The translations under genes and the position numbers were made by a program. Below are positions 1 to 12,200 of a DNA stretch of 64,000 bases, one piece after another. The DNA lies in assembly GCA_025594325.1 (NCBI GenBank), contig JANHCV010000016.1, positions 372,001 to 436,000 of the forward strand, given 5' to 3'. The stretch is from Blastocladiella emersonii ATCC 22665. Lineage: Eukaryota > Fungi > Blastocladiomycota. The notes beneath the pieces were generated by a model. It made no database searches and was not told where the DNA came from. It saw only the letters and a program-made list of their open reading frames with translations. Numbering within the stretch: the first letter of the stretch is position 1; every line of letters begins with the position of its first letter.

Positions 1-146
1 GGCGTCCGGGCAGCGGGACGGGCGAGCGCCAGGCGCGCAGCAGCAGTCGCGGGCGCGATGGGCGCATGGCGCGAGCACGACATGGTCGACGCGAGGCGCG
101 CTCGGGGCGCGCCGCCGGCGCGGGCGGCGAGCAGGCGGGACAGCAT
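1..146 (-). CDS. 5' end of a gene running off the window; N-terminus looks like a mitochondrial presequence
   Basis: gccaacATG context; reads MLSRLLAARAGGAPRARLASTMSCSRHAPIAPATAAARLALARPAARTP, Arg/Ala/Ser-rich with no acidic residues; open to the window edge. Confidence 0.55.
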   Translation of the reverse strand, partial: MLSRLLAARAGGAPRARLASTMSCSRHAPIAPATAAARLALARPAART

Positions 147-443
147 GTTGGCGATGGCGATCAGTTGATGCGTTGCGATGCGTAGAGTGTACGGGGGCGG
201 GCGATACGGGAGCGTATGCGCCGCGGGTGGGGGGAGAGCGGCGAGGCGACGTGGAGCACCGTGTTGACGCAAAGGATGACTGATGTTCGCGACGGCCGAT
301 CGCCCGACAGACGTGGCAGGCGCCCCCGCGGCTGTTCGACTCGGACCAGGGGGACTTAGCCCCCCTGCTCGGACTGCTCCGCCGGCGCGAGCAGCGACTC
401 TCCCCTGCCCGCGCGGGCGAACCATCACCCGCGCGAGCGCTCC

Positions 444-1250
444 ATGCAACACATGACCATGAGCAACTGCGCCGAGGATGTATCCCGCGAAACTGCGGCC
501 GCGGGCCACGCGGCAGCGCTCGCCGACCCGCCGGCGGACCCCATCGCCGAGGACTTCTCCGACTACGCCGCGACCCAGCTCGACGCGGTCCTGGGCGTGC
601 TCCAGATGCACCTGGAGTCTGCAGACCCCTTCGAGCTCCAGACCCGTCCCTTCCGCATCACGCCCGACCTCGTCACGGGGATCATCGCCTTGCTCGAGCG
701 CTGTGGTATGACCCACGAGGAGCAGGACGCAGTCCTCGGCCGCATCGAGTCGGCATTCCATTTTTGGTACCAGAGGCAACCGATGGACCTGTACTATCTC
801 GCCCGCCCGGAAGGCGCCAACGGTTTCCTCAAGGACCGGGCGCGCGCGTTCGCCAGGGACCTCAACCGCGCCGTGTGCCAGTCGCTGCCGCGCGAGTTCC
901 GCCGGCTCGTCACGGGCGTCGCCAAGATCGACTCTCTCCTCCATCCCAATGCCCCGCCCGAAAAGATCGCCTGGGCGTGGACGCGCGAGGAGGTCCTGTC
1001 CCGTATTGGCGGCGATCAGTTTGAAGACGGCGGCGAGCAGCTCGTGTACGGGGTTGCTGCTGCGTCAAAGGTGCGCAGCGAGTCGGCCGCGCACGCCGAC
1101 AGCGACGACGAGCTCGAGGTGGACGTCAAGATGGGTGCTGCGGCACTTGCGACCCGCGCACTGCTCCGCTTGGTCGCTGAGCAGATGGTGTTCGTCGGCA
1201 GGCTCCCTGTTGACTACGAGCTGCCAGCGCCACTTCCCCAATTTCCGTGA
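444..1250 (+). CDS. Hypothetical protein, 268 aa, intronless, predicted helical
   Basis: Single ORF with G/C-ending codon bias and globular composition; no family recognised. Confidence 0.6.
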   Translation: MQHMTMSNCAEDVSRETAAAGHAAALADPPADPIAEDFSDYAATQLDAVLGVLQMHLESADPFELQTRPFRITPDLVTGIIALLERCGMTHEEQDAVLGRIESAFHFWYQRQPMDLYYLARPEGANGFLKDRARAFARDLNRAVCQSLPREFRRLVTGVAKIDSLLHPNAPPEKIAWAWTREEVLSRIGGDQFEDGGEQLVYGVAAASKVRSESAAHADSDDELEVDVKMGAAALATRALLRLVAEQMVFVGRLPVDYELPAPLPQFP

Positions 1251-1429
1251 GAGCTCCATAAAGTGTGGGTTGGCCATCGAAAACACCCGGATTCAACGCG
1301 GTTGAGACGCGCACAACACCTTGTCACTGACGCGCTCGGCCCTCAGCTTGTTCCTTAAAGCTTGCACCATCAAAGAGTCAAGTACGGAATGCTAATTTAT
1401 ATATATAAGCGAGCTCTCCCAAACGACGT

Positions 1430-3532
1430 CTACGCAGTCGAGGTCTCCTCGGACTTGCTCTCGACCTCCTCCGCCGCCGCGGTCTCGGCAGCAGCAGAAG
1501 CAGCGGCAGCAGCCGCAGCGGCCTTGGCCTCCTGCTTGGCCGCCTTCGCCGCCGCGGCCTTGGCCATCTGGCGGACGCGCTGCTCCTCGATCTCGGCACG
1601 CTCCGCGTCCGTGAGCATGGGCCGCGACAGGACGCACACGACCTCCATGTGCTTGGTGTGCGGGAACATGTCGACGGTGCAGGCGCGGTCGAGGACAAAC
1701 GGCTCGCCGGGGAACGAGTTGGACGAGGGGCGGATCAGGTCGACAATGTTCTGCTTGCCCTGGTTGATGTCGCACGACACGAACACGACGCGCGAGATGG
1801 CGCGGCACGCCTTGATGGCCTTGATCACCGACTTGTGCACGCCGGTCCGCGGCGGGTCGAGCACCGCAATGATCTCGCCGTACTCGTGCGACTTGTGCAG
1901 CATCTGGTCCATGAGCTTCTCGGCGGGGCCCGCACGGTACTCGGCGTTGGTCACGCCGTTGCGCGCCGCGTTGGCCCGCGCGTTCTCGATCGCGTCCTCG
2001 ACAATGTCGACGCCCAGGATCCGGTCAAAGTTGCCGCCCGACATGCAGATCCCGATCGTGCCCGTGCCGCAGCACAGGTCCAGCAGCGTCTTGCGCCGGC
2101 CCTCGGGGATCGACTCCATGGCCCAGTCGCGCACCATGCTGTACATGACCTCGGTCGCCGGCTTGTTGATCTGGAAAAAGGACGACGGCGAGATGGTGAA
2201 CTTGAACCCGAGCAGCTCCTCCTCGATCGTCACCGACGTGCCCTCGAGCAGCTCAACGGGCTCCTCGGCCGGGAACAGGTCCGACGACCCCTCGTAGTAC
2301 TGCAGCCCGAGCACCGTCACGGGCAGCGACGCCTTGGCCGCCTCGGCGAGGTAGAACTCCTTGAAATTGGCCACCTCGGCGGCCACCAGCGCCTCCTCGG
2401 TCGTCGACTTGCTGACCTGCAGGATGACCATGGTCTGGCCGGTGGACGTGGTGCGCACCAGGATCAGGCGGAAGAAGCCGCTCACGGTGCCCTTGTCCCA
2501 CACGGGGAGCGCCGACTGCCGCACGAACCGCTCGACAATGTCGACAATGGTCAGCATCGTGTCGCTGATGTGCTTGAGCCCCTTGGGCGACCCGACGGTC
2601 CACTTGCCCGACACGTAGCTGCCCGCGTTGAAGCCGACGGTCGGCTCGCCCTCGAGGTTCTTGCCGATCGAGAACTCGCACTTGTTGCGGTACCCGTCCT
2701 GCACGGGCGACGGCACCGGGGCGAGCAGGTTCAGCTCGTGCTGGTACTTGCTACACAGGGTTAAAAAAAAAAGAGATGTCAGCGGGGGTAGGAAGCACGA
2801 GTAAGGGCAGCGAGACGTACGCTTCCTTCTTGGCATTCTCGATGGCGCACTGCATGACCGCGTGCTTCTGCTCGAGCTGCTCCGCGTACTCGACCTTCCA
2901 CAGCGGCGTCGTCTGGTCGGCGATGCGCTCGGTCGGCGTGCGCTGGTCGTTGGGGTCGATGGTGCGCTGCTGGTACACCTTGGGCTGCTCGTCCACCTCG
3001 GTGATCTGCACGAGCGCGTTGCGCTCCTTGAGGTCGGCGGCCTTGAGGGCGGCCACGGCCAGCGAGCGCTCCTCGACCGACTACACCACAGCGCGTCAGT
3101 TTTGAGGGTTCCAGAGCGACCGCTTGCGGGCGAACGTACGGGGAACGTGAGCCACGCCTCCTTGGACTTGGGCGCCTTCTTGATCTGCACGGTCTGGACC
3201 CAGGCCTCGCTGGCGAGCGTGGGCTGCTTGCCGAGCCACTTGCGGAACACCTTGTTGGTGGCGTGCTGGTTCACGCCCGACAGCTTGACGCGGCGGAGGA
3301 CCGCCTGCGCAGCGGCGTTCATGTTGTCGGCGGCGGGGGCGTCCTCGGTGCGGGCCTTCTTGGCGGGAGCCTCCTTGGTGTCGGGCTCCTCGTCCTCGGC
3401 CGTAGCGGCGGCGGCGGCGGCAGGGGCGTCGTTGGGCGTGAGGGAGGTGGGAGGGGTGACGACAATGTCCTCGGACTCGTCGTGGGCGCGCTTCCGGGGG
3501 CTGCTCGTCTCGGTGCCGCGGTGATGCTCCAT
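1430..3532 (-). CDS. TRM2: tRNA (uracil-54-C5)-methyltransferase, TRM2/TRMT2A family; 3 exons
   Basis: YRNKCEF motif, SAM-binding LLDLCCGTG, LDPPRTG, YVSC-like FVSCD, VDMFPHTKHMEVV; N-terminal RRM-like segment. Introns 3081-3139 and 2751-2820 (GTACGT..TAG) restore the frame. Confidence 0.93.
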   Translation of the reverse strand: MEHHRGTETSSPRKRAHDESEDIVVTPPTSLTPNDAPAAAAAATAEDEEPDTKEAPAKKARTEDAPAADNMNAAAQAVLRRVKLSGVNQHATNKVFRKWLGKQPTLASEAWVQTVQIKKAPKSKEAWLTFPVRSPASGRSGTLKTDALWCSRSRSARWPWPPSRPPTSRSATRSCRSPRWTSSPRCTSSAPSTPTTSARRPSASPTRRRRCGRSSTRSSSSRSTRSCSAPSRMPRRKRTSRCPYSCFLPPLTSLFFLTLCSKYQHELNLLAPVPSPVQDGYRNKCEFSIGKNLEGEPTVGFNAGSYVSGKWTVGSPKGLKHISDTMLTIVDIVERFVRQSALPVWDKGTVSGFFRLILVRTTSTGQTMVILQVSKSTTEEALVAAEVANFKEFYLAEAAKASLPVTVLGLQYYEGSSDLFPAEEPVELLEGTSVTIEEELLGFKFTISPSSFFQINKPATEVMYSMVRDWAMESIPEGRRKTLLDLCCGTGTIGICMSGGNFDRILGVDIVEDAIENARANAARNGVTNAEYRAGPAEKLMDQMLHKSHEYGEIIAVLDPPRTGVHKSVIKAIKACRAISRVVFVSCDINQGKQNIVDLIRPSSNSFPGEPFVLDRACTVDMFPHTKHMEVVCVLSRPMLTDAERAEIEEQRVRQMAKAAAAKAAKQEAKAAAAAAAASAAAETAAAEEVESKSEETSTA

Positions 3533-4041
3533 GGTTGACAGCGGCGCGGCGAACAGGGATCCAGCGCGGTTGAATGAGCGACCTGAGGCGGACGAGGCGG
3601 CCGCCGTGGCGCACGAGGGATCCGCGAAGAGGAACGCGAGGGCGCGAGGCGGTCACGCCGCGCCACATGCGCCGTTGCTGTCTCGCGGCCGCGTCTCACG
3701 CCGCACGTGATGGTCGACACCGACGCGTTTCGCGACGCGTTTTTGCTCCACGCCGGCGACGCATCTCCACCCACGCGCTGCGCCGCGCCGCGCGCGCAAC
3801 AACACGTCCCGCTTTGCCTCCAACCGGCGCGAGACACGGTGCTCGCCCGCCCCTCGCAACTCAATGAAACCTGCTCGCGCCCGCCGTGTGTCCCGCAGAC
3901 CGACGCGTCCCGCCGCCGCGCGCTCCCGCCGGCCGCCGCTGTCTCTGCCGCCGCTGCCGCCGCTGCACAAGAGCCTCCTCCTACCCAAACTCGCAACTGC
4001 CCTCTACAACCCACTCGCCGCCGCCGACTCCGACTCTCACC

Positions 4042-5545
4042 ATGGGGAATAAGCAGTCCATGTATGAGCCCATGCAACATTATCGTATCATGCCGACCTA
4101 TGTTGCTGACGTGCGACCTCGCGTGTAGCCCGGCGGACGAAAGTCTCGACTCGAACTTCAACTCGCCCTGCCCCTCGCCAACCCGTCCTGAGCGTACCGC
4201 GCCGTGCCCGCTGCCCAGCTCGCCCCGCTCGTCCAACCTCGCCACCCTGCCATCAAGCCCGTCGAGCCCCGGTGGTACCACGTCGGGATCCATTACCCCG
4301 ACGCCCAGCAACTATAACACCCCGTACAAGACCGCGCCGGCCCCGCCTGTCGCCCGATCGCCGCTCCGCACCAACCTCAAGAGCAACCTGAGCAACCCGA
4401 CGCTCAAGCTCGACATCGGCAGCCGCGCCACTGCGGCTTCGAGTACCACCACGTCGCCGTCCTCCGCGTCTACGACCAACCAGTTCCGCAACCCGTCGAC
4501 CCCGCAACCGCACCAGCAGCTGTCCAAGACCGCCATCGCCATGGGCAAGGCACCGACGTCCGCGTTCGTACACAACGACGTGTCCGCTTCGGCGGCTGTC
4601 CCTATCGTCGGCCCGCGCCGCTTCGCCGGCACGCTGCCCGTCGCACCGTACCACCTGCCCACACCCAAGACCGCGCCCGCCCGCGACAACCGCATCGACC
4701 ACGGCAGCAGCTCGCGTACCCGCGACCTCGCGTGGCGGCCGATCCCGGTCGGTGCCCCGATCCCCACGACCCCGACAACGGTGGCTGGCACGCGGAAACG
4801 CAAGCGTGTGCCGCCACCCCCGCTCGACGACACGCACCACCGGTCCGCGGGCGACGTCGGGCTTGGCAGCGAGGCCGACTCGGGCCCGCCGTCGCGGTGG
4901 CCCGTCGGCGACTCCGGGTCCGCGGCCGCGTCGTCGCACTCGCTCGCGCACCTGCCGTCGCCCGCGCCCGAGTCGGCTCCGACACGGACGTGCACGTGCG
5001 CTGCGTCGTCACCAGTCCCGACCGTCGCCCCGCCCAAGCCGTACCTCGCGCCGCTCAACTCGGGCGCCAACGCGCAGCGGTGGAAGTTCGAGATCCAGCT
5101 GGTGCACCAGCTGTACTACGCGGGCCTGATCGAGGAGCAGGTGGCGCGGCACGTCGAGATCATCATGCAGCAGTCGGGCGGCGCCATCCACACCAACCTG
5201 CGGTCCGCGTTCGAGTGGTACCACAGCCTGCTGCTCCGCGAGCGCCCGCAGATGCAGGAACTCGCGCGCCGCCTGCGCCAGTTCTCGACCTACGTACGTT
5301 GTCTCTCGCGCGGCTCGCTCTCGGTTGCGACGGATGCTGATTCTCGCGTCGCGTAGAACATATACCTGTGCAAGCTCATGAAGTGGGACCACATGTGGGT
5401 CGAGGTGTCGTCCATCACCAACCGCGCGACGCAGCAGATTACCAAAAACTTCCGCTACAACTCGACGGCCGCCCCACCGCCGTTCCCGCCCGTGGCGGCT
5501 TCCACTCCGCGAGCCGTGTTCTGCCACTGCCGCTCCGCGTATTAA
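4042..5545 (+). CDS. Hypothetical Ser/Pro-rich protein with predicted N-myristoylation signal and C-terminal helical domain; 3 exons
   Basis: Exon 1 4042-4061 (MGNKQS-I), intron 4062-4128, exon 2 4129-5293, intron 5294-5356, exon 3 5357-5545; all splice phases match. Confidence 0.7.
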
Positions 5546-6254
5546 ACCAATAGACTAGAAAAACACTTTGCCTCGCTGTCCATGCTCTCTCAGCGAGCTC
5601 AGCTTCATGGCGACGCGTCATGGTCGCGTAATTCAAAACGAAAGTTGCGAGACTGACGCGGAAGAGAAAGCGCGTCACTCGCGCTTCAACTCGAGCAGGC
5701 CCACGGAGCGAGGAGCGAGAGACAAGCGCTCCGATGCACAGCACCGGCACTACCAAGCCCACTGGAATGTTGTGCGCGCTAAACACCGGTTGGGGAGACG
5801 TGTCACGAACATCCTCGATGGAACGTGAACGGGCGGCGATCGAGCAAAACGACGACAATCCTCGATTGCCCACGGTATCCCTGACGTGCGAGCCGCCGGC
5901 CGATATCGGCGATAGGTGCTGGCGGCGCGTATCGCAGCCGGTGCATGGCCGGTGCATGCCAAGAAGAGCGGACGAAAGTGCGAGACACCTGAAACGCGAC
6001 GCGTCGCTGGATCACATGCTAGGTTTTGAGACGCGTCGCTCATGGGGCAGGGTTCCCCTGTGCCCGCGCGCCCGCAACGCCTTGCCGCATGCTCAGTTGT
6101 GCGCAGATCAGAATAGCCACTACGAAGCGTTCGCGCTCCATGCAACTTTTAGAAGCAGCCTCTGCGCTCGGGTAGCGCGCGCACCTCACTCCACACGACC
6201 ACCTCCACTACGATCTCGCCGAACCACGCAATGCGGAGCGACTCGTCGGCGCCC

Positions 6255-9200
6255 ATGGGCAGCAGCGTCGAGCCCGGCGATCCCGCCGGGCCGTCTTTCT
6301 CTAAAAAGCCGCGGTTTTCGCGGTTCCTCGACTCGTTCTTCTTCGTTCTCTACGTCATGAAGAGCAGGAAGGAAGCGCTGCGACCCAACTACGTCTCGTC
6401 CATTGTCCACCTCATCTTCGAGTTCATCCACTACGCGGGGTTCATCCTAGCGCCCGACAGCTACTTCAACTTGTACGATCGCCGTGGATGATCGACGGGT
6501 CGCCGACCGATCGCTCTCTAACCACTCGATCGCCTTCACCGTGTAGCGGCCCGTTCACACACGCGTACGGGCAAGTCGTGACGTTTCTCCAGTTCCGGAT
6601 CCCCTTCGTGCGCGCCAACATGTTCGCGCCCGACTTTTTGATCGTGTTCTGGCTGTTCGCGGCCCTGGCCGTGGCCATCGCGTCGATCATGGCGCTCGTA
6701 ATGGTCGCCTTCGCGCGGCGCGACTTCAAGCAGCTGTGGGCCGTCAAGGCGCTCAACGTCCTCATCTCGCTGGTGCTGCAGTACTTTGTCGTGTCGAGCG
6801 TCAGCATCCTCTTGAACCCGCTCATGTGCCACCCGGCCACCAACACGCTCGTGTCGTTCAAGTCGACGCCGTGTTTCCAGCCCAGCACGTCGCTCGCGCC
6901 GGCCATCGCGGGCATCCTGGCCACGGCGATCCTCGTCCCGCTGCTCCTCGCCACGACGCTCACGTCCGTCACGCCGCGTTACCCCAAGAACGAGATCCTG
7001 GCGTGCTCGAACCCCATATTCAACATGTTCTCGGTGGTCTTCACCGTCGCGTTCGTCATCATGGGCGAGTACCTCGGCCACGGCGTGTGGCCGCCCGTCG
7101 TCTCGGCCGTGTGCTACCTCGCCATGACCGTGTTCCTCGAGTACCAGCTACTGGCGACGCTGCCGTTCCACCACGCGTCCGCGACGCGGTGGCAGAGCGC
7201 GCTGACGTGCTCGCTCATCTGGTTGTCGTTCTGCGGCCTCGTATCCGCCGCGTCGCCCACCAACTACGTCGCCGAAAACCGCGTCATCGATTTCGTCATG
7301 GTCATCGGTTTGCTGCCCGCCGGGTTCGTCGGGTCGCGCCTCGCCAAGGCGCGCATCACCACATTCAAGCGGCTCGCGATGCTGGTCCAGGTCGAGGTCG
7401 ACGCGGCCATGGCCGCGGGTCCCGACCGCGGCGGGCCCGGCGGCCGCCACCACCACGGCGGCATGCCGTCGACGGCGCACGGGTCACGCACCAACCTCAC
7501 GTCCGAGATCGGCGCGGCGCTCGCGAGCGGTATCGGTGGCAGCATTGGCGGCGCGACGCGCCTGAGCGGCGGCGGCGGGGGCGGCGGGTGCCCGGTGGTC
7601 CGTCTCGACGCGTCGACCGAGATGCTCAACGAGGCGCCGCACTCGGCACACGGCCGGCTGATCGCCAACCCGCTCGTCATGTCGCTGCTCGGCGACGTCA
7701 ACTGCGTCGAGATCGTGGGTCGGATCCTGCAGCGCACGGCGGCCTGGCACGCGGCCGAGGCGTGGTACCGCGCGGCGCTGCAGATCCACCCCAACGACGC
7801 GGCTGTGCACCTGCTGTACTGCTCCTTTGCCGACACGCTGCAGATCGAGCGGGCCGCGACGCCCGACCGCGTGCCCGTGCTGACGACGGACGCGGCGTCG
7901 TGGGACGGGATCCCGCAGCTCGAGCCGTCGCTCGCGCAGCGGTTCCTGCTCTTCTGCCGGAGCATGGACCACGAGCAAAAGGCCGCGACGCAGGACGTGA
8001 TTGCCGGCATGGATAAGCTCGATCTGCTGCAGTACGTCGAGTTCCAGCGCAGCTACACCGAGGCCAAGCGGTACCACGCCAAGTGTGTCGACTCGATCCA
8101 GCAATTCTGGGTGCTGCTCCTGTCTCGCCGCGTGCAGTTCAAGGCGTTCGAGGCGTCGGTGCGCGCCATCATGACCAACACGAGCCGCGCCGACGAGTTT
8201 TACAAGCAGCTGCTGTCGCGGGTACGTCTCGCACGAATTCCTGGCCGTGGCCGTGGTCACTCAGCGCGAGCCTGACCGCACGTGTAGTATCCGAAAGCAG
8301 CCCACATCCTGCAAGCGTACTCGGATTTCTCGCGGCTCGTGCTCAACGACAGCGAGCTGTCGGCGACGTACTCGAACCTGGCCGAGGCGGCGCGCGCCCG
8401 CGAGGAGGAGCTCGCGCGATCCGGCGGCGACCTGTCGGGCGGCGGTGGCGAGGGCGGTGGCGGCGGCATGTCGGGCGCGTCGCTCACGCACTACAGCAAG
8501 TCGGCCGTCATCACCATGGACGCGAACGGCACCATCACGGACGTGAACCCGGGCGCGCTCAAGGTGTTCGGCTACGATTCGAAGCTGAGCCTCGTGTCTC
8601 GGTACGCTCTCGCGATGACCTTTGCCGTGGTCGTGATCACCATGGCCGTGATCATGACCATGGCCGCCACCGACTTCGCGAGCTCGCGACACTCACGCCC
8701 ATGCGTTGTGTAGGAAAATCAACCTCATCGTGCCGCACCCGTGGCGGTCCTTCCACGATTTCTACCTCGAACGGTACCGCCAGACGGGTGTCAAGCGCTT
8801 CATGGGTCCGAAGCAGCGGATCTTCGGGCAGCACGCCAAGGGCTACGCATTCCCCATGGACCTGCAGGTCGTCGAGCTCAAGGGCGCGCAGCGGCTGTTC
8901 GCAGGCCTCATCACGCCCGTGGCCGACCTCGACTCGACGGCCATGATCATCATCAACAAGGAGGGCAAGATCCAGATGCACAACAAGTTTGCGACCACGA
9001 TGCTCGGGTTCTCGTCGAGCCAGATGGTCGGCGAAAACGTAAACATGATCATGCCGCCGGACCACGCCTCGCACCACGACTCGTACCTGCAGCGGTTCCT
9101 CGAGACGGGCGTGCCGCACGTCATCGGTACGACGGGCCGCTGCCTCATGGCCAAGGAAAAGTCGGGCAAGTTCATCCCCGTGTCGCTCGAGGTCAACGAG

Positions 9201-12200
9201 CTCGTCATCAACGGCGACACGTATTTTCGGGGCACGATGCTCGACCTGCGCCAGCTCACGGCCGAGGTGTGCATCACGGGCAGCGGCGAGATCAAGTCAG
9301 TCAACGACGACACGTACATCCTCTTCGGGTGGGCGCGCGACGGGCTCGTGGGCAAGAACGTCAAGATGCTGATGCCCGAGCCGTACCGGTCGTTCCACGA
9401 TAGCTATCTCGACAGGCACCGGCGCACGCGCGCGTGCGTAATGATGACCTCGCTCGAGGGCCGCATCTATCCGGCCGTGCACCGCGACGGCACCGTGTTT
9501 ACGGTGCGGATCCGCGTGCAGGCCGTGCCGAGCTCGTTTGGCGGGACCGAGCCGATGTACAAGGCGACTATTAACCGCATCAACGACAATTACGACCCGC
9601 GCGCCGAGAAGACGCGCGAGGAGAACCGCATCCAGGTCAGCATGTCCGGCCACATCACGGCCACGGGCGCCTTCTTCAAGGAGCGGTGGGCCACGCCCGA
9701 CCTGCCCGGCCGCTCGCTCGCCGTCCTGTTCCCGCCCGTCCCGCAGGCGCCGCACCAGGCCAACCTGCGCACGCTGCTCGACACCATCACGGCGTCGCTG
9801 CCCACGACCCAGTTCTACACGCTCGTCCTGCGCCGCGACAAGACGCTGCTGCCGATGCTGGTCAGCGGGTGCGAGCTCGACGACGGCATCGAGCTGCAGA
9901 CCGAAGACCTGATCCTCAAGGAGGGCCTCATCACGCTCGACGAGGCGGGCAAGATCACGCAGTCCAACGACGACTTTGCCGCGCTGGTCGGCGTCGACAT
10001 TGAGCAGCTGCTCGGCCGGCCGCTCGCGACGCACATCCAGGGCGTCGTCACGCACCCCGAGTCGGGCGGGTACGCGCGGCAGGCGCTGGCCGCGGTGCAC
10101 CGCGACGGGTCGACATTTCCTGTCAACGTCGAGGTGTGCCCGCGCACCGACCCAGAGACGGGCATGGCGAGTTTTATGGTCCGCGTCGTCCACGGGCCCA
10201 TCGCGTACAAGGTCAGCCCCGACATTATCCGCAGCCTGCACCTCGGCGGGACCCGCGGCGGCGCCGGCGAGAGCAGCTCGTCGCTGTCGCCGAGCGCCAT
10301 GTGGACGACGGCGCTGCGCCGGCCCGAGGACGGGTCCGTGCCCGACATTCTGTCGCGCAGCCACAGCCACCGGTCCAGCGACTCGATCCCCGCGGACCCG
10401 AACGGGAGCAGCGGGGGTAGCAGCACCATGGTCACGCCGGGCCAGTCGATGACCAGCCCGCAGGTCACCCGCGCCCGCGTCATCCCGCCGTCTGTCCCCG
10501 AGGACAGCGAGTCGGAGCTCGATCCTCGCGCACCTCGGGCGGCCTCGATTCAGCGCTCGGTCCGCGATCCCGCCGGTCTCGCTCCTCCTGACGAAGACGG
10601 CCTCGCGAGCGGCGGCGGCGGTGGCGGCTGTCCCGTCTTCCACGGCGGCGCAAGCCCAACGCCGACGGGTCCGCGCCGCGTGTCCGTGTCGCTCGGTGCG
10701 GCGTCCGTGATGGGCGCCGGGACCATGGACTCGGGCGCGACCGCGACCGCGACCGGGGCCAAGGTGCTCACGCTCAAGACGCCGCAGCAGCTCAAGTCGG
10801 AGACGCCGGCGAACCCGCGCATCGTCAACTCGGCGTACGACACAGACGACGACACGGTCGCGACGCAGTCGGTGGTCGACAACGCGTCCGTGTCGGGCAG
10901 CGACACGGAGAGCCAGACGACGCGCGGCGACCGCAACTCGCGGCTGATCCTCGCGTGGAAGAGCTCCAAGACGAACCCGCTGCACGGCGCGCTGCAGCGG
11001 CGGCTGTGGGTCAGCTTCATCGTGACGGCGCTCGCGGCCATCGCCGTGGTCGTCGTGTTCAGCGTCAAGGGGAAACCCGACTTCAACATGGTACGCGTCG
11101 CCGCCGACCACGTCCCGATCGTCAGCTCGATCCTGCAGAAGACGGAGCAGCTGTATTTTTGCAACGTGGTGGTGCCCGCGGCGCCCGCGCTCGCGTCGTC
11201 GCCGCTGTGCGCCGAGGACATACGCGGCAAGCTCGTTGCGTACGGCCAGCGACTGTCGGAGCTCAGCACGGCGTTCAACGCCATGTCCCGGCCGAACCAG
11301 CCCCTGCAGATCGACACGCCTGTCGACGTGTCGCTCAAGCTGTTTGTGCTCACGGACCCGCGGGCGGCGACCGAGGCAGTGATCCCCGACGTGTGGCAAG
11401 TGTTCAGTCGCATGTCGGCGGCGTGCGCGGCCATGGCCAACGTCACGGGCGACCCGACGGCCAGCCGGCATTGGAACTTTCTCACGGCCAACAAGGACCA
11501 GCTGCTGTCGACCGTCTTCTTCTTCTCGGACAAGATTGACAACGTGGTCATCAACTTTTCCAACGCAGAAACGTACTCTGTCATCATCGCGACGCTCTCG
11601 CTGCCCATCATCGCTCTCGTACGCCCTCGCTTCGCGTGACTCGAGGCCGGACTCAACACTGACCACTGAGCGACAATGTAGGCCGTGTTCCTCCTCGTGC
11701 TGTGGCCCGAGGTCCGCAACCTGAACCGCGAGCGGTCCAAGGCGCTTGTGCTGCTCACCGGAATTCCGCGGCACGTCATCCAGTATCTCGCGTACCAGGT
11801 GTACGAGCTCGACGACGCCGACTGGGAGGACGAGGACCGCGAGGAGACGCGTCCCGCCGAGGGCGAGCAGTTGCAATCCCTCTCACACTCGAGCCACGAG
11901 CACGGCGACAGCGCCGAGGCCATCGCATCGCACACCGCGGCCGCCGCGGCCGCATCGACGCATGCAGTGACGGGATCCATGGCCGCGGTTCCAGGATCGC
12001 CGTTCAACCCTCTGCACCGCGCGTCGTTCTTCCGGCCGAGCGAAAAGGACAAGAGGTCGTCCAAGCCCATGGTCGCGGGCACCGACTACCGCGCGTACGT
12101 GATCGTCGCGACGCTGTACGCGTGGATCATGATCCCGTCGCTGGTCCTGGTCCTGTTCCGCCTCGCGCGCGTCCAGCAGGGCGTCCAGTGCTCGCTGCAG

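Noticed and set aside
9297-11876. Long antisense ORFs (859 aa here; also 45769-48177, 40729-42507, 49336-51480 and others)
   Set aside because: Shadow frames of GC3-biased genes on the opposite strand; Arg/Gly/Val-rich with no motifs.
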